64,000 nucleotides of DNA from an uncultured Candidatus Peribacteria bacterium (GTDB taxonomy: Bacteria; Patescibacteriota; Gracilibacteria; Peribacterales; Peribacteraceae): the NCBI GenBank assembly GCA_964601225.1, contig CAZRMM010000004.1, forward strand, positions 12,972-76,971, given 5' to 3'. The notes beneath the pieces are model-generated. The model was not told the DNA's origin, did not search any database, and saw only the letters and a list, made by a program, of their open reading frames with translations. Of this stretch, positions 18,139 through 26,282 are shown piece by piece. The translations under genes were made by a program, and so were the position numbers. Positions within the stretch are counted from its first letter, which is position 1. Every line of letters starts with the position of its first letter.

Positions 18139-18196
18139 GAAGGATCCCGGCTATGCCGAGAACCGCAAAAGCACGAACGTAGACTTTCTTTTTCAT
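18110..18196 (-). CDS. candidate 28-aa single-TM micro-protein (MKKKVYVRAFAVLGIAGILLTAILPFLQ)
   Basis: My own translation. The ATG overlaps the PKD-protein TGA (ATGA). It has a Lys-rich N-terminus followed by a hydrophobic helix. It overlaps the tsaD 3' end by 29 nt. There is no other support. Confidence 0.25.
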   Translation of the reverse strand: MKKKVYVRAFAVLGIAGILLTAILPFLQ

Positions 18197-20292
18197 GGTG
18201 TGACAGTAATGGATACGGAAGAGGAGTCTTCATTGCCCCACTCGTCGGTAAGAGTAAGGCTAACGGTGTACACTCCCGCGACATCGAAGACGTGTATGTA
18301 TTTCGCGGTAGGGCCTTGGGCGAGAGTTACCTTGGGATTGGCATCCGAACGTACGTCCCAAACGAAAGTCAGCGGGAATCCCGTGGAACAAGCGGAATCA
18401 AACTCAACCCCTTTGCCCGCTTGCACCTTCGTCCTGCTCGAGGTGATGCAGGAGCTCAGTGTCGGCCTTCGCACGACAATTGTGCGCTCCGCTGAAAATT
18501 CTTTTCCGGAAACGGTCACGAGCTTCAGGGTAACCTTGTACTCGCCGGGTTTTTTGTAGACGTGTTCCACGCGGGAGGGCCCGAGCTCGACGGCATCGTT
18601 TCGTTCCTCGTCACCGAAAAGCCACTTGAATCCGGCGAGCGTTTCGTCGGGAGGGATGTAGCTTTCGGATGCGTCGAATTGAACGGTGAGCGGAGCGACC
18701 CCGTTTTCTGGACGTGCGGTGATCGACGGTTCTGCCGAGGCGGGCTTCACAAGAACGGCAAGAGGCACGCGAGCAACGTACCCATCGGCATTCTGTGCGA
18801 CGAGGGTGACGTTGTACGTCCCCTCTTTACGATAGGTCGCGCGGAAGGTCGTTCCCTGAATATCGGCCTCGGCATCATCGCTTTCCCAGAAAAACGTTAC
18901 GAGCGGAATGCCCGTCTTCGGGGTTATTTCAACGAAAAGCGGCAGTTCGCCTTGAATTTTGTTGTTCACCACCGCGGGAGTGCCCTCGAAACGAAGGTCC
19001 TGTAATTGGAGCGTTTGCGTAACCCGCACAATTTGGTTCAGTTCCGCAAGTGCGCCGCTGGCGCTCCTGGCCTTGATCACGACCGGATAAATACCTACCT
19101 CATCGTACGTGTGTCCTGCGCGAAAAAGGTCTGTACCGCGCTCTTCCTTGCCGTCGCCGAAGTCCCAAATAATTTCGCGGATCGGTTCTTTCGTCTCAAG
19201 CTTGAATACGGCGCCGAACGGGGCAGGTCCCATCGGGTTTTTCGGTTCCACCGTCATGGTAATTGGGAACGGCAGCGGGACCGGGTCTTTGACGCGAATG
19301 GTTCTTTTCAACGTTTGCTCAGCGTTGGAGGCAAGCTGAAGAACCGCGGTCACCTCATATTCGCCGGTAGTAAAGTACGTATGGGTAATCTCGGAAGTCT
19401 TCATGATTTCCTTTTTTGTGCCGTCTCCAAATTCCCAGGTCACCTGCTTCAGTTGTTTGGGATCCGCGAGAAGGGAGGCGATGCTGAACCGAGCGGGCTT
19501 TTCGATGACGGGCTCCTCCGGAATCACTGAGAAAACCGCGGTTGGAACATTCAGACGCTTCTGAATTCTCTTCGGCGATGCGCCATCGAACTGTATAAGC
19601 AGCGTTACGAGGTATGCCCCCTGCTTCGGGTACAGCGCAGTGAAAGTCGGGACGATCGTTTCCTGATCCATTTTACCGTCGCCGTTTCCGTCCCACTGAT
19701 ATTTCGCCGGGCGGTAACCGAGATTACGCAAGGTCGCGACGGCGCGCTCGACGCTGTAGGTCACGGAGACGGGAGCGACAAAATCCGAGGCCTTCGTCGG
19801 ACTGACGACGTCAATGGCCAAGGCAGGTTCTCGGGTGATGAAATACGGGGTCGCCGCAGCCAGGAGCACACCCGGCACCAGAATGGCTACCAGAACGATG
19901 AGGCTTCTTTGGCGTAGGGCGGTGGACACCTGCGAGTGACTGATACGCAAAACTCCGAGCCACCCCACGAGTAAGATTACGCCGATTCCGGAAAGGGAGG
20001 TCAGCACGCCTATCGACTGCAAATCGCGCAGTTCACCCGTGGGACTCGGCAAGGTCATAAGTAAAAATCCTTCCCAAATGAAAAATCCGACGTATGCGGC
20101 GAAAAAGAAAAATTGAATCAGCGTAGCCAATCGCTTGCCCGAATTTTGCTCAAGCGTGTTTCTCGGCGGAGAGAGAGGGGGCGGTGTCGACTGAGTGGCT
20201 GCAGGCGACGGCGTCGTATCCGGGACCGGTTGCCGGGGCACCAGACCGTCAATGGGAACGCCGTTCTGCGGATCTTGAGGTGCGAGTGGCAT
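18193..20292 (-). CDS. membrane-anchored multi-PKD-domain surface protein
   Basis: At least 4 PKD-like repeats ('WEFGDGTKKE..HTYFTTGEYEVTAVL', 'WDFGDGKEERG..HTYDEVGIYPVVIKA', 'WLFGDEERND..HVYKKPGEYKVTLKL', 'VFDVAGVYTVSLTLTDEWGNE'). The N-terminus is Pro-rich with TM helices. The ATG at 20292 shares a base with the upstream stop (TGATG). Confidence 0.8.
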   Translation of the reverse strand: MPLAPQDPQNGVPIDGLVPRQPVPDTTPSPAATQSTPPPLSPPRNTLEQNSGKRLATLIQFFFFAAYVGFFIWEGFLLMTLPSPTGELRDLQSIGVLTSLSGIGVILLVGWLGVLRISHSQVSTALRQRSLIVLVAILVPGVLLAAATPYFITREPALAIDVVSPTKASDFVAPVSVTYSVERAVATLRNLGYRPAKYQWDGNGDGKMDQETIVPTFTALYPKQGAYLVTLLIQFDGASPKRIQKRLNVPTAVFSVIPEEPVIEKPARFSIASLLADPKQLKQVTWEFGDGTKKEIMKTSEITHTYFTTGEYEVTAVLQLASNAEQTLKRTIRVKDPVPLPFPITMTVEPKNPMGPAPFGAVFKLETKEPIREIIWDFGDGKEERGTDLFRAGHTYDEVGIYPVVIKARSASGALAELNQIVRVTQTLQLQDLRFEGTPAVVNNKIQGELPLFVEITPKTGIPLVTFFWESDDAEADIQGTTFRATYRKEGTYNVTLVAQNADGYVARVPLAVLVKPASAEPSITARPENGVAPLTVQFDASESYIPPDETLAGFKWLFGDEERNDAVELGPSRVEHVYKKPGEYKVTLKLVTVSGKEFSAERTIVVRRPTLSSCITSSRTKVQAGKGVEFDSACSTGFPLTFVWDVRSDANPKVTLAQGPTAKYIHVFDVAGVYTVSLTLTDEWGNEDSSSVSITVTP

Positions 20293-21212
20293 CAGGGACG
20301 TACGGAAGAGGCTGAAGATGCTGCGGAGGAAACAAGGGACCCTGTGGCAGTTGGAAACGTGGAAGCAAAACCTTTCCACTCGGAGAAATTCGAGGGGTAT
20401 TCGATCGGTTTCGCGGCATTGTGGTCGCTCAGCTTCGCCGTCACGGTCAGTGCGTACGGAACGGACTTTCCGGATCGCGGCCGAATCGTCCATTGAATCT
20501 TCCTGACAAAAAATGTTTCCGCGTCTATCCAAAGCTCCCCCTTGGTCTCGTATGCGCCCAGATCGTCCAGGGTTGTGTCTCGATCGAGCGGACGATGATT
20601 CTCTTCGCTGAGGCGCTGCAAATATGCGGCCATTTTCTGAGGATCAAGTGTGACTCCGTAATGGTACGCATCCGACCCATCGAGAGAAAACACGCCAAGG
20701 TCTTTTGTCACTTTCACAACTTCGGACTGGGCTCGGAGCAAGCCCGGATCCGGAGAAACCGGCACCATCGATCCGGCGTTTTTTTGCGGAATCTTCCACC
20801 AATGATGGAGAAGCTTTTGCAGAGACTCTTGAGTAAACAGAGGGTTATCGGAACTGAGCTCAAGAGAATCGATGAGGAAAAACATTTCGCGATCGCGATC
20901 GGAGGCGACATGTATCGTCGCTTTGCCGGAAAGAGGCTGCGAGCCCTGCGCTACGGAGCCATCGACATCCAGCGCGAATTTGGTCGCATTGCCTCCGTCT
21001 TGCAACACCCCTGAGAGTTTCAAGGAGCCGCCGCCGTTCAATCCTGGCGCGGAAATCTGAACATCGGCTTCAACGGTAAACGAGGCGGACTGAAGCTGTC
21101 CGCTTGCCGAAACTGCCCGACGAAGCACTTCCTCGGGAGGGATCGGCGACTTTCTTGCGCAAGATGCAAGCAAGAGTAGCCCCAGACACATGGGCGTTAA
21201 GAGTCTTTTCAT
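20292..21212 (-). CDS. lipoprotein of unknown function
   Basis: Lipobox 'GLLLLASCARK' after the ATG at 21212. I recognised no catalytic motif. The architecture is vaguely LolA/LppX-like, which is a guess. Confidence 0.5.
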   Translation of the reverse strand: MKRLLTPMCLGLLLLASCARKSPIPPEEVLRRAVSASGQLQSASFTVEADVQISAPGLNGGGSLKLSGVLQDGGNATKFALDVDGSVAQGSQPLSGKATIHVASDRDREMFFLIDSLELSSDNPLFTQESLQKLLHHWWKIPQKNAGSMVPVSPDPGLLRAQSEVVKVTKDLGVFSLDGSDAYHYGVTLDPQKMAAYLQRLSEENHRPLDRDTTLDDLGAYETKGELWIDAETFFVRKIQWTIRPRSGKSVPYALTVTAKLSDHNAAKPIEYPSNFSEWKGFASTFPTATGSLVSSAASSASSVRP

Positions 21213-21231
21213 GTCGCGGAAAGAACGGAAA

Positions 21232-22176
21232 TCAGTATGCCTGAGCGCAGGACCGTGCGCCAGGGCAGACCTGGGTTTCAACGTCGGACGGATCTTCGAC
21301 CATGAAGTCAATCGTGCGCTTGCGGCTGGCCCTGACGTCGGCGCGAACCTTGAAGAGCCGGGTTTCCGATCCCTCAAAGTCGATCGGCGGGTCGAACACG
21401 AAGGTCGCCGTGTCGCCGGTCAATTTCGGGAGAATCTCCGACACGGGCTCGTTTTTTCCATTGAGAAGAACAAGGTTCCGCAGATCAGCGTCCTTCGCGG
21501 AGCCCTGGTTCGTCAGGGTCAATCGCGTCATGCGCTGCGTCGAGGAGCCCTCGGCTTTTATCTGGAATCGCGCGACCGTACGTCCGGCTCCGTACGTCAC
21601 GGAACCGGTGACGGGAAGCATTGTCACGGCGATCTGTGCGTTACGATCGACGGAAGGCGCGACGGAACCGGGCGCAGGAGTTTGCGGGGACGTGATCGTC
21701 ACGCGAACGGGGCTCGCCGTGCGGAGGTCATCCGCGGAATGGAGCGCATACCCGTGCTCTCCACCCGGCGCGGCGTCTTCTGCTATCCGGGCGCGCGCCA
21801 CGAGAACCAGCGTCTGGCAGGCGGGAATCTCCAACCGACGGGGCCGGAGGGTCACGTCGCCGGTTTTCCGATCGGGCGATACCGAGGGCGAGACGCGGAC
21901 GGAGCCGTTCCACAGCGCCAGGCTTTCGATATCCGCCGAGGCCCCGAGGCCCCAATGGCGCAGGGTCACGCTCTCCAGACGCACCGGCGCGTCGCACGAC
22001 GCCGCGAGACGCAGCGTAAGGAAGTCTACGCGCTGCGCACCCTGCGGGATCGAGCCGGCCTCGGGTGCGTTTGCGACAACGGTAAGCGTCGGCAGAGTCG
22101 CCGCGACGGACGGCGGGCCCACGAGCAAAGCGCATGGCAGAAAGACGGAGACGAGAAGTTGTCGAAACATTCGCAT
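21232..22176 (-). CDS. secreted protein with two tandem ~130-aa beta-sandwich-like repeats
   Basis: Signal peptide 'MRMFRQLLVSVFLPCALLVGPPSVAA'. Two segments share the pattern '...(L/I)..L.L.......(D/A)(I/L)..L.L.NG......(S/P)....TGD.(T/A).....(I/F)..(C/S).T..(L/F).V.A..'. Confidence 0.5.
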   Translation of the reverse strand: MRMFRQLLVSVFLPCALLVGPPSVAATLPTLTVVANAPEAGSIPQGAQRVDFLTLRLAASCDAPVRLESVTLRHWGLGASADIESLALWNGSVRVSPSVSPDRKTGDVTLRPRRLEIPACQTLVLVARARIAEDAAPGGEHGYALHSADDLRTASPVRVTITSPQTPAPGSVAPSVDRNAQIAVTMLPVTGSVTYGAGRTVARFQIKAEGSSTQRMTRLTLTNQGSAKDADLRNLVLLNGKNEPVSEILPKLTGDTATFVFDPPIDFEGSETRLFKVRADVRASRKRTIDFMVEDPSDVETQVCPGARSCAQAY

Positions 22177-22230
22177 GGAGAACAGTCTACGACGTTTCGA
22201 ACACTTATCACCAATAAAATAATGCCGTTT

Positions 22231-23079
22231 TCACCACTTACCCGATGCTCCCCCGCCGCCAAACGACCCTCCGCCGAACCCTCCGAACCCGCCACCGCCA
22301 CCTCCTCCGCCTCCGAAGCCGCCCCCCCAGTATCCGCCCCGGCGCCTCGACGCCCGACTGACGGGATTTTTCGAAACGACATAGTCGAAAACCAAACCGA
22401 CGATCACCAGCAAAGGAATGGAGATCCACCAATTCCACAGGAGTGCCAAAACGAATCCGACAACGCCGCCGATCATTCCCCCTGCCCACCACGACTTCGA
22501 CCGCGACAGCCAAGCGGCAAAGAATTGAAGTGCGAAAAGGACGATGAATACGAGGAAACCGAATCCCGAGCCTGACACGGCAGGGGAATATCGATCCGCG
22601 GTATACTCACCCGATGCGTGCTTCTCGATGGCATCGACTGCCGCATCGAGTCCTTCGTAGTATTTCCCCTCGACGAAGGCGGGAGCGATGTCGGTTTCGA
22701 TGATTCCCTTTGCCACGATGTCCGGAATCGCACCTTCCAATCCGTATCCCACTTGCATCGTCACTTCCCTGTCCATCAGGGCAGCAAGAATGACGATGCC
22801 GTTATCATGTTCTTTCGTACCCACGCCCCAAGCCCTGCCCGTTTGCACGGCGATATCCTGAAGGGAGGCGCCGCTCATGCTTTGGACGAGCAGTATCGCT
22901 ACTTGATTGGAAGTACGCTCGTCGAATTCTTTCAGCTTTGCCTCGAGCGCCTGTTCTTCTTCCGTGGTGATGAATTGCTGCGTCTGCGTGAGGTATCCAT
23001 CGTTCAGAGGGATCTCGAAGGCCAATGCTACCGACGGAACAAGGAGAAAGCCGATGATGGCATAAAACCGAAGACGCAT
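22231..23079 (-). CDS. TPM-domain (YgcG-like) protein with a C-terminal TM region and Gly-rich tail
   Basis: 'TTEEEQALEAKLKEFDERTSNQVAILLVQSM', 'GLEGAIPD' and the tail 'GGGFGGGGGGGGGFGGFGGG'. Confidence 0.8.
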   Translation of the reverse strand: MRLRFYAIIGFLLVPSVALAFEIPLNDGYLTQTQQFITTEEEQALEAKLKEFDERTSNQVAILLVQSMSGASLQDIAVQTGRAWGVGTKEHDNGIVILAALMDREVTMQVGYGLEGAIPDIVAKGIIETDIAPAFVEGKYYEGLDAAVDAIEKHASGEYTADRYSPAVSGSGFGFLVFIVLFALQFFAAWLSRSKSWWAGGMIGGVVGFVLALLWNWWISIPLLVIVGLVFDYVVSKNPVSRASRRRGGYWGGGFGGGGGGGGGFGGFGGGSFGGGGASGKW

Positions 23080-23085
23080 CGACGT

Positions 23086-23673
23086 TTAGTTATCGTCAAA
23101 TTTTACGCTCGGAGCTTGCTTGGATTCTTCCGCGGATTCGAACGACTTCTCCGGACCGAATCCGAAAATACCGGCCGCGAGATTGCGCGGAAACGAACGT
23201 ACGGCCACGTTGTACTGCATGACCGCGTCGTTGTAATCGCGACGGGAAACAGCGATGCGGTTCTCCGTTCCCTCAAGCTGAGTCATGAGGTCCTTAAACG
23301 CCTGGGTCGCCTGAAGCTGAGGATACGCCTCGACCGTAACAAGAAGTCGGGAAAGCGCGCTGTCAAAGGCGGATGCCGCTTCGATCTTCTCGCCCCTGGC
23401 GCCGGCCGTCTGCCACTGGCTTCTGGCGGCAGTCACCGCCGTAAATGTGCTTTGTTCAAAATCTGCCGCACCCTTCACGGTGCTTACGAGATTCGGAACA
23501 AGATCAAAGCGCCTTTGGTATTGCGTTTCTACATCCGCCCAGCTTTTCTCTACTGTCGCCTTAGAACTGACAAGGCCGTTGTAGCTCGATGCCAACCAGA
23601 GAAGAGCAAGTACAACAAGACCTAAAATAAGGTACAGCGGTTTGAGGCCGGTCCGGGTTGTTGGAGCATCCAT
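23086..23673 (-). CDS. lemA: LemA family protein
   Basis: N-terminal TM helix, 'YNGLVSSKATVEKSWADVETQYQRRFDLVPNLVSTVKG', 'RRDYNDAVMQYN'. Confidence 0.85.
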   Translation of the reverse strand: MDAPTTRTGLKPLYLILGLVVLALLWLASSYNGLVSSKATVEKSWADVETQYQRRFDLVPNLVSTVKGAADFEQSTFTAVTAARSQWQTAGARGEKIEAASAFDSALSRLLVTVEAYPQLQATQAFKDLMTQLEGTENRIAVSRRDYNDAVMQYNVAVRSFPRNLAAGIFGFGPEKSFESAEESKQAPSVKFDDN

Positions 23674-23697
23674 AGGACGGGGGTGAATGAATGAAAA

Positions 23698-24135
23698 TCA
23701 GAAAAGAGAAACGACGATCGCCTGACCAGCAAGCATGGCGAGAGTTCCGCCGGCTTCAATTGCCCAAACTTTCAAGTTTTTTCTGCCGAACAGCGAATTC
23801 ATCAGCGTTGGCAGCGCAAAGACCGCCAGAACGAGACTGCAGGTCAGTGTTAGCATTTCTCCCCACGACGAAAGTCCAAGCATGGCACGCAAAGCAACCA
23901 ATATGAGAGCGCTGCACGCTTCGGAAAAAAGCATGACGAGCCAGGTAATCGGATGCGGACCGCGCTTCATTTCTTCTGCGGAAAGCCTCAGTCCTCTTGC
24001 CCACGCGGGTGAAAAAGAAAATGGGGCGTACCACAGAAATCCGATGACGGCGGAGGCGAGAACTGCTGCAGGAATACTCCAGAATGAAACGGTAAGAAGC
24101 GTCATAAAAATGAAAAGATGTGCCTGATAATACAC
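23698..24135 (-). CDS. DUF1761-like membrane protein
   Basis: 145 aa with 4 TM helices. 'GFLWYAPFSFSPAWARGL' resembles the DUF1761 signature as I recall it. Confidence 0.45.
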   Translation of the reverse strand: MYYQAHLFIFMTLLTVSFWSIPAAVLASAVIGFLWYAPFSFSPAWARGLRLSAEEMKRGPHPITWLVMLFSEACSALILVALRAMLGLSSWGEMLTLTCSLVLAVFALPTLMNSLFGRKNLKVWAIEAGGTLAMLAGQAIVVSLF

Positions 24136-24156
24136 CTCGCTACTTGCCGAGTCAGT

Positions 24157-24864
24157 TTATGAGAACAGAAAAGGCTGGAATGTCGTCTCGCGATCGTAGA
24201 AATCTTCCTTCTCGGTTTTCTTTAAGAATGTTACCAGTGCGTACGTCACGGGAGTGAAGAGAACTTCGATGCCTACTTTGAAGACATAGTTAGCGACCAT
24301 CAGCGACCAGGCGATTTCCCAAGGAAACACTTTGAGCGCGCAGGCGATGGAAACGAAGACTGCTGTGTCCAGTCCTTCTCCCACCAGAGTCGATCCGATT
24401 GTTCTCAACCAGAGGAACCGCCCGTTGGTACGTACTTTCAGTTTTGCGAGAACATACGAGTTGCTGAATTCTCCGCAGAAGTAGGCGAGAAGACTTGCCG
24501 TGACGATCGCGCCGCTTGCCACTCCACCCAGAATCGCCTGGTAAGCCGAATCACCGGCATACTGCTGCCACTGCGCCTCCCCTGGAAGCCGTCCGATGAT
24601 CCACAGGCAGGCGCTCAAGAGAGCCATTGCCGCAAATCCGGTCCAGATAACCCGACGACTCCTGGCGTATCCGTACACTTCCGTAAGTATGTCGTCGAAT
24701 ATGTAACTCAGTGGAAAAAGAAGAGTCCCCGCGTCAAACGAAAGCGGGAGACCGAGAAGACTCAGATGCCAATCGACGATCTTCGCCGAGGATGCCACGT
24801 TGCTGATGAGCAGTACCGCAACGAAGGCGGCAGTGACCAAATCGAGATAGCGGTAGGATCGCAT
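24157..24864 (-). CDS. yhhQ: queuosine-precursor transporter (YhhQ/VUT family)
   Basis: 'YRYLDLVTAAFVAVLLISNVASSKI'-type N-terminus, 'PLSYIFDDILTEVYGY', 'GEGLDTAVF'. The ATG at 24864 is preferred because the upstream ORF part is tRNA-Pro. Confidence 0.8.
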   Translation of the reverse strand: MRSYRYLDLVTAAFVAVLLISNVASSAKIVDWHLSLLGLPLSFDAGTLLFPLSYIFDDILTEVYGYARSRRVIWTGFAAMALLSACLWIIGRLPGEAQWQQYAGDSAYQAILGGVASGAIVTASLLAYFCGEFSNSYVLAKLKVRTNGRFLWLRTIGSTLVGEGLDTAVFVSIACALKVFPWEIAWSLMVANYVFKVGIEVLFTPVTYALVTFLKKTEKEDFYDRETTFQPFLFS

Positions 24865-24891
24865 GGGCGGAGTCCGGTATAGATGTGTACA

Positions 24892-24967
24892 TGGTCGGGA
24901 TGACAGGACTCGAACCTGCGACCTCACGGTCCCGAACCGTGCGCTCTACCAACTGAGCTACATCCCG
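24892..24967 (-). tRNA. tRNA-Pro (anticodon CGG), CCA encoded
   Basis: The reverse complement is CGGGATG...CATCCCG-A-CCA, with anticodon arm CACGG-TTCGGGA-CCGTG and T-arm GCAGGTTCGAGTCCTGT. Confidence 0.9.
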
Positions 24968-25208
24968 ATGACGGAGAGTTTACCGAAAGAATCACAAGGA
25001 ACCGAGTTTTTCTTTGGCGGTCTTCGCTACGCGAATCCGGACCAACCTGGCTGCATCCTGGTGAAAGAAGCGAAACGGGCGGGACCCATTCCGCCTGTAT
25101 CGTAGCAGAAGCTATTCGCACGCAAAATGTGGCTTTTTGCTGCCACTTTCCTTTGGTCGAGATTCATTTTTTTGACTATGATGGTCAATTGACTACCTTC
25201 GTACGGCT

Positions 25209-25550
25209 ATGCCGACTGCTGACAACCTCCTCAATGACCGCTTTTCCTATCCTCCGAGCGATGCCGCCGGACGCGCGATGCGCGAGATTGTTCTCATCCA
25301 AGACGTCATTTGGTCCGCATGGAAAAAGAGAAGAAGCAGGCAGAGCACGGAGCCACCTTCGAATGTCGATATCGATCCCTACCTGTGCGCACTTGAGCAG
25401 ACTCTTCTGGCCGAAGGGTTCGAGGCACTTACGCCGTCGATTGTAAATGCACTGCGGGGGCAGTATCAAGATGTTGTTACCGGTAAGCCAATATCTGAGT
25501 ATCCTGACCCATGGACGCGCCCGAATTTTCCGTGGATTGAGCAAATTTAG
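25209..25550 (+). CDS. hypothetical protein (113 aa)
   Basis: It is an ORF only, with no recognised motif. A TATGAT hexamer lies at 25177..25182 upstream. Confidence 0.3.
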   Translation: MPTADNLLNDRFSYPPSDAAGRAMREIVLIQDVIWSAWKKRRSRQSTEPPSNVDIDPYLCALEQTLLAEGFEALTPSIVNALRGQYQDVVTGKPISEYPDPWTRPNFPWIEQI

Positions 25551-25724
25551 TATACATAAATACGTCAGGAAAACTGGACAGAAGAAAAGTCTCCTTTACT
25601 CTGCTTGTCCCCTTTCGGGGATACTATGAAATCCACGTTTTCAGCCATCCTGTTACACGCGGTTCTCATTACCTTTCTCGCCGTCAATATACTGACGTCG
25701 ATGCCGTCACGCGGATAAAACTAC

Positions 25725-26240
25725 TTACTGCCGCTTTTTTTCGGTCATCGTTCCCTTGGCTTGCAGAGAACCGGCGACGGGCGAGCCTGCCTTATTGAGT
25801 GTTAGTTCGATATTGAGGTGGTCGCGAAGGTCGCGCTTCGCTTCGTAATTCAATCGATGCCGCACTCCCGAAAACGAATCAAGTGTTCCGATATCAACAC
25901 GGTCTCCCGATTCGTTGACGAGGTATCCGTGGTATTCCAAGCCTGAAACGGCAGGATGAATATTCACCTGAAGGCTCACGAGAGAGGTTCCGTCAGCCAT
26001 GTAGTGAAGCTGCCCGATGCCGTTGGCTGGAACCTTGTTTTCTCCGGCGAGAGCACCGATTCCAAGCCAGAGCTCCTTCCCGTGAATCGGGTCGGTCGCA
26101 TCCTTGTTCGGCATGACAAACTGGAAGCCTTCAGACGTTCCATCGGTGTCCTTTTGGATGGACACGCCTTGTTTCGCACAGGAACAGACGAGAAGAGCGC
26201 TCAAGGAGAGCAGAACGATCGATGGGGTGCGCAAAATCAT
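25725..26240 (-). CDS. lipoprotein of unknown function
   Basis: Lipobox 'LSALLVCSCAK'. The rest is beta-rich with no recognised motif. Confidence 0.5.
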   Translation of the reverse strand: MILRTPSIVLLSLSALLVCSCAKQGVSIQKDTDGTSEGFQFVMPNKDATDPIHGKELWLGIGALAGENKVPANGIGQLHYMADGTSLVSLQVNIHPAVSGLEYHGYLVNESGDRVDIGTLDSFSGVRHRLNYEAKRDLRDHLNIELTLNKAGSPVAGSLQAKGTMTEKKRQ

Positions 26241-26282
26241 GCGTGGAGTCTAGCGGCCTTCCCTGCTGCCGCAAGACCACTT

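Noticed and set aside
24865-24891. A possible preQ1 riboswitch upstream of the yhhQ-type queuosine-precursor transporter.
   Set aside because: Only 27 nt separate the yhhQ ATG from the 3' end of tRNA-Pro. That is too short, and the sequence (TGTACACATCTATACCGGACTCCGCCC) does not resemble the preQ1-I consensus as I remember it.
25626-25718. A 30-codon hydrophobic ORF (MKSTFSAILLHAVLITFLAVNILTSMPSRG) in the spacer after 25209..25550.
   Set aside because: It has no RBS, no coupling and no other support. It is too short to distinguish from chance, so it is not reported as a feature.
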